Shown here: positions 14,301-36,205 of the stretch, piece by piece
How positions within the stretch are numbered: the first letter of the stretch is position 1
How the letters are laid out: each line of letters starts with the position of its first letter
Origin: Chrysomallon squamiferum
Lineage: Eukaryota; Animalia; Mollusca
Direction of reading: 5' to 3'
NCBI GenBank assembly: GCA_012295275.1
Contig: CM022667.1
Coordinates: forward strand, 6,944,001 to 7,008,000
Length of the DNA: 64,000 nucleotides
Translations under genes and position numbers: made by a program
Notes under the pieces: model-generated
The model's database searches: none
What the model was told of the DNA's origin: nothing
Seen by the model: the letters and a program-made list of their open reading frames with translations, nothing else

Positions 14301-16189
14301 GTTTAATTATAAAAGTAAACAGTCTTACCTGGATGAACATCTGGAGTTTCATCACCAGGGTGGTCGCATACTGCTGCAAAGATTAACAACTTTCAGTTAG
14401 TACAAGTACGTTTTACCTCGAGAAACATAATTCTAAATAATATTTGCCAAAACAATCTGCTACAAACCCATACATCATCCACATCACCCACTCCTCTGTT
14501 TAAAAGACTTCTGTCTATGTTTTAAGTTAATTTAAAAATATGCAGTATATTTAACAGAACAGAACTGTATTTAGTATTTTATAAAGACATTCTTATCTGT
14601 TTATTTATTTATATAGTTTGTGGCTGAAAAATGAAAGCGACATTCATGAATGTATGTGTACTTTAGTGTTAATTAATGCTGGTCTTTTGTTTTGCTGAAA
14701 ACATTTTAACAAGGAAAATGATGGTCACTTCCATGTATTTCTTTTTATAGCAATTTTCTGTTTCTTTTAATTCCTGATTTTATTTTTCATTTTTTTGGTT
14801 TTCATTATTTATTTATTTATTTGTTATTATTGTTTTTTTATTATTATTTTTTTGGGGTTCGTTTGGTTTTTAATCTCTATTTTTGATTTTTTTATTGTTT
14901 AACGACACTGTACAGTTTAAAGTGAAAACAAAGAAGCGCACATCTCTGGGAACAGTCTGGTCTGTGTGGGACTGGAAGGCAGCGTTGACCCACTCTTTGG
15001 CATCAAAACTGTCATCCATGAACTTTGAATAATCCTGAAAAAAAAAGAATTTGAAATATTTCCTGATGAAAAATGAAATAAAGAAAACATCACACATGAT
15101 GGAAGGTGTAAGAGAATTTACATAAAGTGACTGAGAGGAGTCTGTATCAGTGATAACACATTTAGTTAGACTGACTTGAATGTCTAGTATAAAACATTCC
15201 CTCACAAATGAATCAACCAATGTTAAAATAAATTTCTGTTTATGGAGGCATTTTTTGTAGAGGCTGGACAGACATTCTGTGTGTGTTTAGTATCAGTTAC
15301 ACCATGCACTGAGTATTCCCAAACTGAAACCTACCACTCACACAATTAGTTACATAAGAATAAATAATGTTTAATACACAACAGAGTACACAGTTGACTG
15401 TATTGACTTTCTTCTGGCACATCCCAATTTACAAGAACTGTTCAAATATTCACTAACTGGTGACAGTTCAGTAAAAAAGTGAGAAAATAAAAAGAATCAT
15501 ACAAAAACAAAAATCACAGAAACTAAAATTCTGATATGCTGTCACTAAACTTGAATAGTTAACTTTGAGTTGAACACTGTGCATAAATATTTATCAGTTG
15601 ATGAAGCAGTTCATAATTTGTGTCTTAACCAAATGTTTCAGTCACAAAGTCAGTTATTTAATGTAAAATTAATATTTTACAAATAAAATAAAATAGTATT
15701 TGCTCAATTCCTTGGCACTGATTACATTTCAGGTGGTGTGACAAGTCTGATATGGAATGGTTTTTCTTGTTTCCTCTGCATCGCAAAGACCAAATGAAAT
15801 AATTAAAATTTATGTTTTTCTTCGCAAGTACAAGCAGGAGAGAGAGAGAGAAAATTAAATTAAAAAGGCTGTTTAATTATTATCTTGGTAAAAGTCTTCG
15901 CAGTCTTTATTATTTAAAGAATGTAAACGTATTATTCAGTAAATATTTAATTTAATTTATTTACTGTATTTCACTGAACAGCAGACTTATGGGCAGGCGC
16001 CCACATTAAAAATGCGGAAATTAGATAGATCGTTCCATGATGTTTGATTATCTGAATATCTCAATATCTGTCAAAAGAAAATAAATACGTTTGTATTTGC
16101 GAATTTCTTAAATTAATCTTATAAAATATGTTAAAGTGATAAAAAAAAAGATTGCAGATATTCTGCTGCTTATAATTAAGTTTTACCAT
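2801..16189 (-). CDS. COG7: Conserved oligomeric Golgi complex subunit 7, 23 coding exons, about 752 aa
   Basis: Exons in transcript order: 16187-16189 (ATG only, inferred), 14942-15034, 14329-14373, 14080-14220, 13475-13564, 12987-13063, 12343-12378, 11894-12014, 11448-11530, 11180-11290, 10474-10632, 8782-8836, 8359-8489, 8017-8091, 7730-7795, 7421-7556, 5951-6062, 5371-5474, 4987-5117, 4339-4422, 3756-3870, 3290-3421, 2801-2967. All junctions are GT-AG with consistent phases, except for 8 extra nt in 12987-13063. Peptides [92 protein letters not shown] and [17 protein letters not shown] are collinear with vertebrate COG7 as I recall it. Confidence 0.95.
3864..4070. repeat. 31-bp minisatellite made of a COG7 splice acceptor + exon start
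   Basis: gacctatctgaaacattgaacaagagacagt x7. The lowest-coordinate copy contains the true acceptor at 3870/3871. Confidence 0.92.
6170..7460. repeat. About 65-85 bp minisatellite made of a COG7 exon 3' end + splice donor
   Basis: cataccacatgtttgtataattctgagagaatgttgaaagtttgtctagttatacacagac... x about 18, including the true exon end at 7421. Confidence 0.95.
8065..8250. repeat. 40-bp repeat made of a COG7 acceptor + exon start
   Basis: gtatcca(a/t)tatctctatatgatcctacaaacaa x about 5, diverged copies. Confidence 0.85.
9748..10458. repeat. 56-bp intronic minisatellite
   Basis: cagatgttaccagtgaaaggaagaaagcagactgtgttactgaggcagacactaca x about 12, with scrambled central units. Confidence 0.93.
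11021..11195. repeat. 38-bp repeat made of a COG7 exon end + donor
   Basis: cacttacctgtgtgtgtcaggtac... x5. The last copy is the true donor at 11179/11180. Confidence 0.9.
13108..13305. repeat. 39-bp minisatellite
   Basis: ttatgtcacagaaatgttgtgttttgttattctgttaagta x about 5. Confidence 0.85.
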
Positions 16190-16502
16190 CGCTGTTATCG
16201 ATAACGTTTCCTTAAAAACGAATAACTATCATTTCGGGGAAAAATCCACGTTTCACATTTTTTATTTTAGTGCTTCCATATTAGAGTGCTTTCCCTTGAT
16301 CCAGATTTTATAAATTCGGGTATCTAAAATCTAATGATTTCTGATCCTAAATACTAGTAATATTTTTGAAACATAAATTTAAAATCAGCAGTTGCACTAT
16401 AATTAAATGTAGAAAATATAAAGTTTATAATAATTAAAGTAATATAACTAACACCAGTTAAGTTGGTTTTAAACATATATATTCATATATGTGTGTGTGT
16501 GT

Positions 16503-16559
<57 letters not shown>

Positions 16560-16897
16560 TGCTGTTGTTGTTTTGTGTTGTGTACAATGATTGGCTTACT
16601 GACAACAAATGCAATGACATCATTTTGCTTGTTAACAAGGTTGGAATATTCTGTTACGTTTCATGTGTGTATGTGTGTGTCTGTGTGTGTAGCTTCTGTC
16701 TGTGTATGTGTGTGTCTGTGTGTGTCTGTGTATGTGTATGTGTGTATGTCTGTGTGTGTGTGTATGTGGCTGTGTGTGTCTGTGTATGTCTGTGTGTGTG
16801 TCTGTGTATGTGTACGTGTGTGTACTAGTTTATCACAGCACTACAACAACAATAATTACTCCTTACTACTACTACTATCACTAATACAACTACTACT

Positions 16898-17027
<130 letters not shown>

Positions 17028-17521
17028 CACGCGAACTTCTAAATATTCTGATTTACTATTACTCCACTACTACTATTACTACTTCTGTTGCTGTTATTAT
17101 TTTCTCATATTTTCGGTTATTTGACAAGTATTATTAATTTAGTTTTGTTCTGAAAACAGCAGGAAACAATCTACATGTAATTTTTCTTTTGTTGACTTTC
17201 GTGAAAAGAAAGAACTAAATAGGATTACTGCAAATAACGCCTCGTTATCACCCTCGCAGTAAGTCCCTGCTGTGACGTCATGCAGGCCTGTTTAATATAT
17301 ATATATATATATACCATTAGATTATATTTTCATTAGATAATCTAGTAAAATTATAAATTATTTTATTTATCTTTTTACTTACTATTGTTAATTTGTTATT
17401 ACGCATTAAGTAGCGCTCACAGTTGCCAGTTATAAACAAGTGTCTAATACACGTTGCTGCATGCACTTGCACGCGTGAAAAGAGTTTGTGTCAAATCGCT
17501 GCAGATGAAATGTTAAAGAAC

Positions 17522-17587
<66 letters not shown>

Positions 17588-17973
17588 TAAAAGTATGTCA
17601 AAATGTTACTGAATATTGATTTCTGTTTATCTTCAAAAATCCTTGACCGATTTCCAGGGTAGATACATCAATATCTGAAGCTTCTGTTTAGCAGACCGTG
17701 AAAAAAAAACAATACACACCACAAAACTCGTGATGGTTTAAAGTTCTAAAAATACATCGCTTTTATTTTGACGTGACTTTGTAACAAAAAGCGTCCAGAT
17801 TTAGTCCGTTACAGGTTGTCCCGTGATAGGATACGTGATACGTTAACCCTTTACATGTCACTGCACTTCGTGACGGCTTGACATGAATTGTATTGTGTGT
17901 GTTAGATAAAGTGGATTTGACTAACCAGTTCCAATTATTGATCAGTTAGTGGCAGGATTAGACAACTGCCATT

Positions 17974-18087
<114 letters not shown>

Positions 18088-18875
18088 TGGATATGTAGAT
18101 AAACAGAGAGCCGGATAGACAGATAGAAAGACAGAATGAGAATGTATGTGTGTGTGTCTGAGTGTCTGTGTCTGCGTGTGTCTGAGTGTGTGTACTTGTG
18201 TTTCTGTGTGTGTATGCGTGCGTGTGTTAGATCGTATACATAGTTATGTGTATTGTTTCTTGATGAATGGATTGATAGATAAATAAACAGAGAGACAGAC
18301 ACGTGGATAGATGGATAGATGAATGGATAGATGGAGAGAGATAAAGGGAGACAATGAAACTATATGTGTTAGATCATAGGTAGTTTGTTTTTAATGTGTC
18401 GGTATAGTGGTTTACAATGTGCTGTATGTTTGTTTAGCTGTACACAAATTACTAAGCACTTGTTCAAACTGAACGCACTAAGTTAAAATGTCATCCAGTC
18501 TTAACGCTTTTTCTTCCTCATCTTAAAACTTTTAAAATATTTTGTACTAAAGTTGCGCTCTAAGACAGCGGGTGATTAAAGGAGATTTAAAATTCCAAGT
18601 CGACGCGAGTTTTCCTCGTTTTAATTTTTTCTCTCTCTCTTCCTTCTTTCACGCACATTTTGTTTGTTCGTTTGTTGATGCACGGTTGAAACCTGTTTAC
18701 TTGGTTGCTAAGAACCCGAGGCTTTTTATTCCACACACGTTGAATCATTGGTCATAACCGTCCACAACATTGAATAAGAGAAATCAGAACTGGACTACTA
18801 ATTACAACAATGCGGGCTTCACTTAGCGCGACTCGCCAGTTTTAATCAACTTAGAGAAGAAACGTAAAACACAAC

Positions 18876-26159
<7,284 letters not shown>

Positions 26160-26396
26160 TCACGTGGAAGGGCGGGTCGTTTCTCAGGTGATTGACATTG
26201 AACGTCTGAAAGAGCAGGACTCTTCAAAAGACTCAGTCTGAAATGTTTATGTGATCAATACGCTATTTTATGAAATGGCGTGTAATTACAGGATGTGACG
26301 TCAAATTCTTTGTGATACAGTTTTAACTTGGTTGTGAAAATTATGTGAATACGTAGCAATATAATAAAAACAAAATGTGTACAGAGGCGCGCGCGC

Positions 26397-26492
<96 letters not shown>

Positions 26493-27730
26493 ATTTTATA
26501 TTTTAAAACTCTCTGAACAGTATTTTTTTTACACTTTTTTTTTTACCGCCAAATGAATCATTTGCTGTTGATTTTGGGAAACAAAATAAAAACAAACAAA
26601 CAACAACAACAAAATATCAAAGTAAGAAAACAAAATTAAAGAAAAACTGTTTCTCTCTGTCTGTTTATCTACAAGTGTGTATATATATATATATATATAT
26701 ATACAGTGTGTAATAATAGGTGTACAGATCTAAAAATAATTCGTCATATAAAAGGCATTCTAGTCATCATAAATGCGTACAATTTCGTTGTATATTTATT
26801 TATTCATTTATTTTATTTTATTTTATTTTATTTATTATTATTATTTTATATTTAGTTTTTATTTATTTATTTATTATTTATTATTATTATTATTATTATT
26901 TTACAAACTTACGTTATTTATCATATTTATTCATTTATTCATAACGCTGCTGTTTTGTCGAAGGGAGGTAATTCTCGTTCTCGCTCTGCTACACAGAGTT
27001 GCGGGGACTGTTGGGTGTAATAAACTGAATAGAGGTTACAGGTTAACAATTACAAATAATAAAACAATAAATGAGAATTACTATCTCGACAAGCATTTGG
27101 AAGTAAATTCTTAATTTTTTTTTTCCTTTTTCTTTTTTTTTTTTTTTTTTTTTTTTCTTTGCAAATGTCATTCAAATTCAACACACGCACAAACACGTTA
27201 GACTGTTGTGATGTTAGTAAATGTCACGTTTTGGATCTAAAATCAATAGGCTGCTACAGCAGTCGGTGTATATAATATTTGTTACAGGTGAAAAAAGTGA
27301 TTAATTATTGTTAAAACAGTGTTGCCACGAATCAGAATATTACTTTTATTTTATATTTGTTAACTTGTCTGTGACCAATAAAAAAAAAGCTGTGATTTTT
27401 TACTAATTTATATTGTGTTTTCAGTTCTTACAGAAAGATATTTTAGTTTATTTATTAAATTATATATTCATTTCATTTTTCGAAATAAATTTAAATAAAA
27501 GACTGTAGATATTTAGTCACACACACAGACACACACGGAGAAACACGTACTCACAGACAGAAAGTCATACAACAGAAACAAAACAAGTAGTGACGAATTT
27601 ATTGGCAGTTACTATGAATAATTATAATAAAACAGGTTTCTAAGATTTAACTTGCAAGTGTCACTGCTAATATTAAAACAAAGCTGGAATTTATTTTTCC
27701 GTTGTTGCCGCACACTTTGTGTTCCGTTGT

Positions 27731-29481
27731 TTAGCTATAACCAAAATACAGAGAACGATCGTCTGCCGCTAACCCTGACATACCAGTTTCGAAATCGTAC
27801 AAACTGCAGACGACAATCCCGGCATGCAGTGTGACAGAGAATGAACGACAGTTCCGTAACCGTAAGCAGATTAGCGAACACATGACCTTTGATGTTACCG
27901 TGACCTTTAATAAGGGAGTGAGTTCAGCTGATGGAACAGCGGATGACGTTTTCAGTCTAAAGGTGGGTGCTCGGATCTCGGGAAGCGCGTCACAGTTTTC
28001 TCGGTTAACATCTGAAATGGACATCGATAGTCAACTAACATTTCTTTTTATTCTTACAAAAACAATCGTTTAAAAAAAAAAAAGGTACTGTAGGATTACC
28101 AATGAATTAATTGTGTGTGGATGTGTATGTGTGCGTGTGTGTGTATGCGTGTGTATGTGTGTGCATGTGTGTTTATGCGTGTGTGTGCATATGTGTATGT
28201 GTGTGTGTGCGTGTGTGCATGTGTGTATGCGTGTGTGTTTGTGTGTGCGTGTGTGTGGAAGTGTGTGTATGTATGCGTGTGTATGTGTGTGCATGTGTGT
28301 TTATGCGTGTGTGTGCATATGTGTACGTGTGTGTGTGCGTGTGTGCATGTGTGTATGTGTGTGTGTGGAAGTGTGTGTATGTGTATGTGTGTGTATCTGT
28401 GTGTGTAGCTGTGTGTGTATGTGTGTGTGGACGTATGTGTATGTGTATATGTGTGGAAGTATGTGTGTGTATGTGTATGTATGTGTATGTGTGTGTATGT
28501 GTATGTATGTGTATGTATGTGTATGTATGTGTGTATGTGTATGTGTATGTATGTGTATGTGTGTATGTGCATGTGTGTGTATGTATATGTGTATGTGTAT
28601 GTATGTGTATGTGTGTGTGTGTGTGTGTGTATGTGTGTGTATGTGTATGTGTGTATGTGTATGTATGTGTATGTGTGTTTGTGTATGTGTGTGTGTATGT
28701 ATGTGTAATTACCTACCTGTTGGTCTTGTTACGTTGTTCTCGCAGTATTGTTTAAGGATGACGACATCGCCGTTGAAGCTGTTTTCGAACACAGCTACGC
28801 AAGCGACAGTTCCGCGGAAGTTGCCCGTCCCCGCGGAGTTGCCTCCAACCAACAACCGTCCCGTCGTCGTCGTCGTGTCTCTGCTCAGCAGACACTGCGT
28901 CACGTTGCTCACCTCTGTGCTGTTGACGAACAAGGTGACAGTGTTACTCGTCACAGTGACTTTGATGAAGTTTACATTGTTCTGATTAACGGCCTTGGTT
29001 CGAGTCAGTTCGCCGCAGTTTTCGCCGAGTTTGTGAGAAAGTGTGACAGCGAGGTCGGAGTGCTGAACGTGCAGCTCAAAGTCAGAAACGCCGTCATCTT
29101 CACCCTTCCACTCATAGTGCAACACTGACCCGGCAGCACTTGCTGCTGGAGACAACATCATGGCGATAGTGAAGTTTCCTTGAAAAACGCGTGACGTGAC
29201 GTCGTGTTCAATGTACGACTCTCTGGACCCGTCAAACATCATGACGCCACCTTCTTGTCGGAAGCACTGAGAATGTTCTGGAAATATGGGCGGAACCCCT
29301 GTCCGGCTGAATCCAAATGTGACGTTGTTCAACGGCAAAACTAAGACGGGAGAACAGTCCGCTCCTTGCGTTACTGATGAAACTGAATAATAATAACAAC
29401 AACAACAACAACAACAACAATAATAATAATAATAACACCACCACCACCACCACCACCACAAACAACAACAACAACAACAAC

Positions 29482-29524
<43 letters not shown>

Positions 29525-29550
29525 CCAACAACAATAATAATAATAACACC

Positions 29551-29585
<35 letters not shown>

Positions 29586-29613
29586 TAATAATAATAACAC
29601 CACCACCACCACC

Positions 29614-29645
<32 letters not shown>

Positions 29646-29697
29646 CAACAATAATAATAATAATAATAATAATAACAGCAACAACAAAAACAATAAC

Positions 29698-29732
<35 letters not shown>

Positions 29733-30537
29733 CACCAACACCACCACCAGCAACAATAACAATACTACTACTGCTACTTCTACTACTACTACTAAATGCC
29801 TTTATACTAGTTTAACTTACTAGTAAAAAACCATTACTAAAATGGTTGTAAGTCAGGAACTATTACTACTACTATCATTACTACTGCTACTACTGCTACT
29901 ATTATTACTACTACTGCTACTATTATTACTACTACTGCTACTACTATTATTTCTACTACTGCTACTATTACTACTACTGCTTCTACTGCTACTGGTACTG
30001 GTACCACTACTACTACTACTGCTGCTGCTACTGCTACTGCTACTACTACTACTGCTGCTGCTACTGCTAGTGCTACTGGTACTGGTACTGCTACTACTAT
30101 TACTACTACTACTGCTTCCACTGCTACTGTACAGGTACCACTACTACTATTGCTGCTGCTGCTGCTGCTGCTGCTACTACTACTTCTACTACTACTACTA
30201 CTACTTCTATTACTACTACTAAATGCTTTTATACTAGTTTAACTTACAAGTGATTACTAAAATGGTTGTGTCAGGAACTATTACTACTACTATTATTACG
30301 ACTGTTACTACTACCACTACTACTAATACAACTGCTACTTCTATTACTGCTACTACTTCTACTACTAATGCTACTGCTACTGCTGCTACTAATGCTGCTG
30401 CTACTACTACTGCTGCTACTATTACTACCGCTAATACTTCTACTGTAACTGCTACTAGTACTACTGCTATAACTAAATGCTTTTACTAGTTATAACTTAC
30501 CAGTGATTATTAAAATGGTTGTAAGACAGTAATTCAT
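27731..30537 (-). CDS. Secreted protein of about 327 aa: signal peptide + LamG/concanavalin A-like domain + C-terminal PAN/apple-like domain
   Basis: Exons 30501-30537 (MNYCLTTILIIT), 28717-29382 (FDGSRESYIE, FTIAMML, VTLFVNS, LLVGG, FRGTVACVAVF, typical of LamG-like strands) and 27731-28011 (SKVMCSLICLRLRNCRSFSV...CSLYD, the PAN/apple CxxxC-x4-C-xSF pattern). All introns are phase 1; total 984 nt. A probable 5'UTR exon ends near 31180. Confidence 0.8.
29385..30480. repeat. Trinucleotide compound microsatellite (AAT/AAC/ACC/ACT/GCT) filling the LamG gene intron
   Basis: Directly visible. Confidence 0.95.
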
Positions 30538-31634
30538 TTTCTCAGTCTTCACTAGATGTATTTCTTCAACCTAAAATAATCTTTTTATTTTTATTATTAT
30601 CATCATTATCGCTATCATCCATCATCATTATTATCATTACCATGTTCCTATATATTTATTGAAAACATAATGGTGTTTGTTTACATTGTAAAATAATAAT
30701 CTAAGTAGAAATTGCAGACATTGTTTTATCTTACTGATAAATAAAGAAACATGCACACGAAGAAACCAAAATATAAACAGATACAACTGTAAATAAAGAA
30801 AACAAATGCATTTTAAAATCAAACAAGTAAATACTGTTTTTACTAGTGTTTTAACATATAGACAGTAAAAAATTAATAATAAAATAATAATAAAACATTT
30901 CTTACCAGTTTTGATTTTTAGACAGCGAAAAAGCAGATTATCTCCTACCAGTGTTTTCACGTGTAGAGAGTAAAAAACAAAGTATTTGTTACCATTGTTT
31001 TCACGTGTAGATACTAAAAAACAAAGTATCTGTTACCATTGTTTTCACGTGTAGAAAGTAAAAAACTAAGTATTTGTTTCTAGTGTTTTCACGTATAGAT
31101 ACTAAAAATCTATATTTTTTGCTAATGTTTTCACGTGTAGATAGTGAAAAAAAAGAAGAAAAAAAGAAGTATTTCTTACCAGTTCTGATGTGTAGCTAGC
31201 AGTGATCTGTTTGTTTGCTGGTTTTTGTGTTGAATGTTTTGTTTACTCAGATCTGCTGCTGACAGCGACTCTGTGTGTGTAAACGATTATTGGCGGATGA
31301 ATCCAGTGATGTTTAATTAAGTGCTTTATTTCGCCAAATCATGTTTATTGGTTAGTGCGGAATGATAAAAGAAACTAATATTCCTGTGTAAATTTTGATG
31401 AACAAAGCCAGCTGTGTACGTGCGGTTTTTATTTGTGCACAGATCACTGATATTTCACCACTGTTAGCCTAAACATCCTTTCTTTATAACACGATATATA
31501 TATATGTATGTATATAGATATGTATGTATGTATGTATGTATGTGTGTTTGTGTATATATATACACACACACAGAGATATATATTATCTAATTGCTGTTCA
31601 TATACTGGGCTCAGCATGTATCATCATTGTAACT

Positions 31635-31816
<182 letters not shown>

Positions 31817-33026
31817 TAATGTGAACTGTTTCAAACATACGCGTACATCAGTGCTACTTAATAAAGTTAGTTGCCACTTAAACAGTGTTGTTGTTAGTGT
31901 CCTGAATTTCAAAAACAAATACATCAAGACTGCAGGCACATCAGCTTCATAAAGTATGGTACATGCATGTGCACATCAATTTTGTTGAATATGCGGAACC
32001 CCCTATAAACCTTACAAGCATTTTACATTATTATGCACGCGATTATATTTACTAAAAGAAAATCATGCAACTGATATTATATTTTAAAATATCTGATTAC
32101 CAGTTTCACTTAAGTAATTAATAGGGTCGCCTAAACTGTTACACTTTGACAAAATACTGTAGCTACAAATTTAAATATCTAATGAAATTATACGTATATG
32201 AGAGTTTAAAAAATAAAATAAAAGAAATAAATAAAAATAATAAATAAATAAATAAATAAAAATTGTAGAATATTTGATCTTACCATGAGCTTATCCGACT
32301 CAGAATCAAATTTGTGTAGAGATGATTTACTGCGTAATTTTTCACGTGGCTAACTGAATCGCTGCGTAGAAATTCAGCTGCGTAAAAGCAGGGGATGGAT
32401 TCCAAATATGTCATAGATGAGTTTTTACAAAAAAATTAATTAAAAAAACGAAAGGAAAAAGAAAAGCTGAGAGGGAATTTATAATCAAAGATAACAGAGT
32501 ATCGTATGCCGCTTGTTAATTTTCGTGTACAGATGTTTTTATTAGTATTATGTTTTTAAATGTCTAAGTTTAAATGCCACAGTAATTATTAATAATGTAT
32601 CCTCGTGGTATCGGTTTTGATAAGCAACAGTCTCGGATTGTAGACATATAACGATGTTTTTTTGTTAATAATGATAGAGGCAGGATGTAATATATATACA
32701 TGATTAAAATATAAACATTAAATGCAGAAAATATTGCGAGTTTTTCTTTGTTTCTACTTATAATTTGAATACTGTAACTCCTAGTTGTTTTTTCATGTTC
32801 TGACTCTCAGCAGACGGCAATGTTTCGTGCAGTTTGTGAGTGAAATTCATTGCGAAACTTTGGAGTTACGGAGTTGTTTATGTATGACTAAAAAGTGCCT
32901 TATGAAAAATACTACTTTTAGCTATATTGTTAGTGCAAACATGCGAATAGGAAAACAAAAAAATATTCTGTAAACAAAATCTTCGCCATATTATGCGCAC
33001 TTGTTATTTAACGAAGGTTATTTAAC

Positions 33027-33346
33027 CCATACCACGTCAAAACACATACCACATCAAAACACATACCACGTCAAAACACATACCGCGTCAAAACACATAC
33101 CACATCAAAACACATACCACATCAAAACACATACCACATCAAAACACATACCACATCAAAACTCATACCACGTCAAAACCCATACCGCGTCAAAACCCAT
33201 ACCACGTCAAAACACATACCACATCAAAACACATACCACGTCAAAACTCATACCACGTCAAAAAACATACCGCGTCAAAACCCATACCACGTCAAAACAC
33301 ATACCACGTCAAAACACATACCACGTTAAAACACATACCACGTCAA
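33027..33346. repeat. 19-bp minisatellite
   Basis: cataccacgtcaaaacaca x about 17. Confidence 0.9.
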
Positions 33347-34033
33347 TGCAACACACACACAGCATACTTTTTTTTTTTTTTTTTTTTTGCACCGTGTGTT
33401 CATTGGGCCATTTCTTGTTCCAGTTGGTGCACAATGACTGGTACATACTAGCCTGTCTGAGGTATGGTTCTGCTAATCACAAACTGTAGCCCATGAATAT
33501 AGTGTGAAAACTGCATAATATTTCTTAGCATAATATATTTCACTTTTTACAAAACAAATTAATGCGTAAGCTTTTCCAATGAAGTACTATTTATTTTATG
33601 TTATTTTATCTTATCTTTTATATATATATATATTTGTCCATGTAAAATAAGAGATGATTTTACTTGTTACTGATTACTGAACTATTTCCTTTTTAAATAA
33701 TTTCTATATTTATCATCATTATCATCATTATCTTTATATTTTACCTAAGTTTTATTTATTTAGTATTATTTTTGTAAAGTTTAACACGTATGTGTGTGCG
33801 TGATGTCCTCATACCTGCGCGACTGTCTATCAATGGATCACTGGTGGATTTGTTTGGAGTCGACGTTCCACACTTCATACTAAACAAACGAACCATGTTC
33901 TTGGACCTGGAAGGAGGGTATAAAACACACATGACCGATGTGTGCGCTGACCAGAGATCCATCGATAGCGCAGCGCGAACGAGTTTTTGCGTGAATTGGT
34001 CAACAGCGTGTCACACATAATATCTACACATAG

Positions 34034-34375
34034 GTTATTCCATGGTTCTGTCCGGCTATGATTTTCTTCCGACTTACACTCTGACGTGTACAGTGAACGA
34101 TGCTTCCTATCTTGATGACGTCATTTTGTTTGACCATTCAAGGAACACGGGTCTACTTACAGGAGTAGAACAGTCGAAACACGGCTGTTCTCCGTTTACG
34201 TATCCACCAAATCATTACTCTGTAGTGTGCGGCAATAAAACACACGACAGCGCTTCAAACATGAAGTCGTACACGTTGAACATACTCAACATCGAACTGG
34301 ACGACGTAGCGGTATGGTGGTGTTCACTCAAAGAAAACAAGACACGGAGCAACAACCACTCGATGACATTTGCTG
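34034..34375 (+). CDS. Single Ig-like domain exon (Ig gene 1 of cluster)
   Basis: 342-nt phase-1/phase-1 exon, tag|GTTATT...GCTG|gtaag. Encodes YTLTCTVNDA...C...C...SYTLNILNIELDDVAVWWCSL and is clearly paralogous to 42780-43121. No signal-peptide exon found. Confidence 0.75.
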
Positions 34376-34636
34376 GTAAGCTTTTGTCATTCTTTTGTTT
34401 TATTTTTGTTTTATTTTTTTATTTTTTTTATTATTATTGTTGTTGTCGTTTTTTTTTTAATTGTTATTCAACCATAAGTGAAGAAACTAAAGACGGAGAG
34501 ACAACTAAAGTAATGTCTTTATTTAGACTTTAATTACATAACATGCCTTTACTAAATTTACTATTCAACTTTAGCTTTAACAAAAGACAGTTAAAAAAAC
34601 TCCATATTATAATTCCATATTATATTTCCTATTTCT

Positions 34637-34690
<54 letters not shown>

Positions 34691-35367
34691 TAATGTGAAC
34701 TGTTTCAAACATACGCGTACATCAGTGCTACTTAATAAAGTCACTTAAACAGTGTTGTTGTTAGTGTCCTGAATTTCAAAAACAAATACATCAAGACTGC
34801 AGGCACATAAGCTTCATAAAGTATGGTACATGCATGTGCACATCAATTTTGTTGAATATGCGGAACCCCCTATAAACCTTACAAGCATTTTACATTATTA
34901 TGCACGCGATTATATTTACTAAAAGAAAATCATGCAGCTGATATTATCGATCACCTTTTGCAGACCATCTACTTTTTCTCAGCTACAGTATCTTCATAAA
35001 ACGAAATCATGAAATATTTTACAAATAGACTGGTTTCCAAAATATCTTAATTAGCTCTTTCTCGAAATCATTTGTGTAAAATAAATATATAAATAAATAA
35101 AAATGTAAAACTGTTTCGTTTTGCATCAGTCGTGAAAACTGAAATTCTGTTACTGTATTACTCACGTTTTCAACAGCAGTTAAAACATTTTTAAAAGTCA
35201 TCTGATAGTTCTCCATAATAGTTCCTTTCACACTTTTTGCAAGTACAGGACGTTCTGTACAAACCGGGTCGAAATTAACATTAAACAAACGAGTTACCAC
35301 AGGAATAAAATCTCAAAACATAATATTTTCCAAATTTTTTCTTTTTTCATTGGGATTTCTTCCCCAT

Positions 35368-35685
35368 TAAACTTTACTAAAATACAAACTGTCCGGTGAT
35401 CTGACACTGGTCTGTTAGAAAACTTTATTATAATACAAACTGATAAGTGATCTGACACTCGTCTCTAGAAAACTTTACTATAATACAAACTGATAAGTGA
35501 TCTGACACTCGTCTCTAGAAAACTTTACTATAATACAAACTGATAAGTGATCTGACACTCGTCTCTAGAAAACTTTACTAAAATACAAACTGATAAGTGA
35601 TCTGACACTCGTCTCTAGAAAACTTTACTATAATACAAACTGATAAGTGATCTGACACTCGTCTGTATAAAACTTTATTATAACA
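35368..35685. repeat. 60-bp tandem repeat
   Basis: aaactttactataatacaaactgataagtgatctgacactcgtctctaga x about 5. Confidence 0.9.
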
Positions 35686-36205
35686 CAATACCAGGTGCTT
35701 TCAGAAAGTCTCTGTGATGGTGTATCCTATTGGGCGCGTACACTAAAACTGTCGCGCCATACGCGTGCAGTTAGGATGCTCCAACTGAAATCAGCGGTTT
35801 AAAAAAAAAAAAAAAGTCGCTCGCATACAGCACTCGGCTAACTGTTACAAAGCATAACACGAGCTATGGCAAGATCGCCCAGCACGCAGATCCTGAAATA
35901 AATCAATAAATGAAATTTATTTTACAAACAGTGACGTAATCATTTTGTAACGTTGAAAAAAGTCCTCAAAATGAAATTTACATGTGCTTCCTACAAGATT
36001 ATGTGAGATCGAGAAAGCCAGTAAAAATAAATAAATTTAACCAATAACAGAATAAAGTTGAACATTTGTACACAGTAAAATAATGACCGTGAAAACAAGT
36101 AAATTAGTTGACAATATCTAGCATCTCTACAACAGTTTCTCTTACCAACCAATCAAAGATTTTGAATTGCTTTTCTTAATCCAGGTATTTTCCTTTACCT
36201 CGCAG

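Noticed and set aside
33790-34020. 76-aa ORF just upstream of Ig exon 1
   Set aside because: No recognisable motif, no signal peptide, and it stops before the acceptor.
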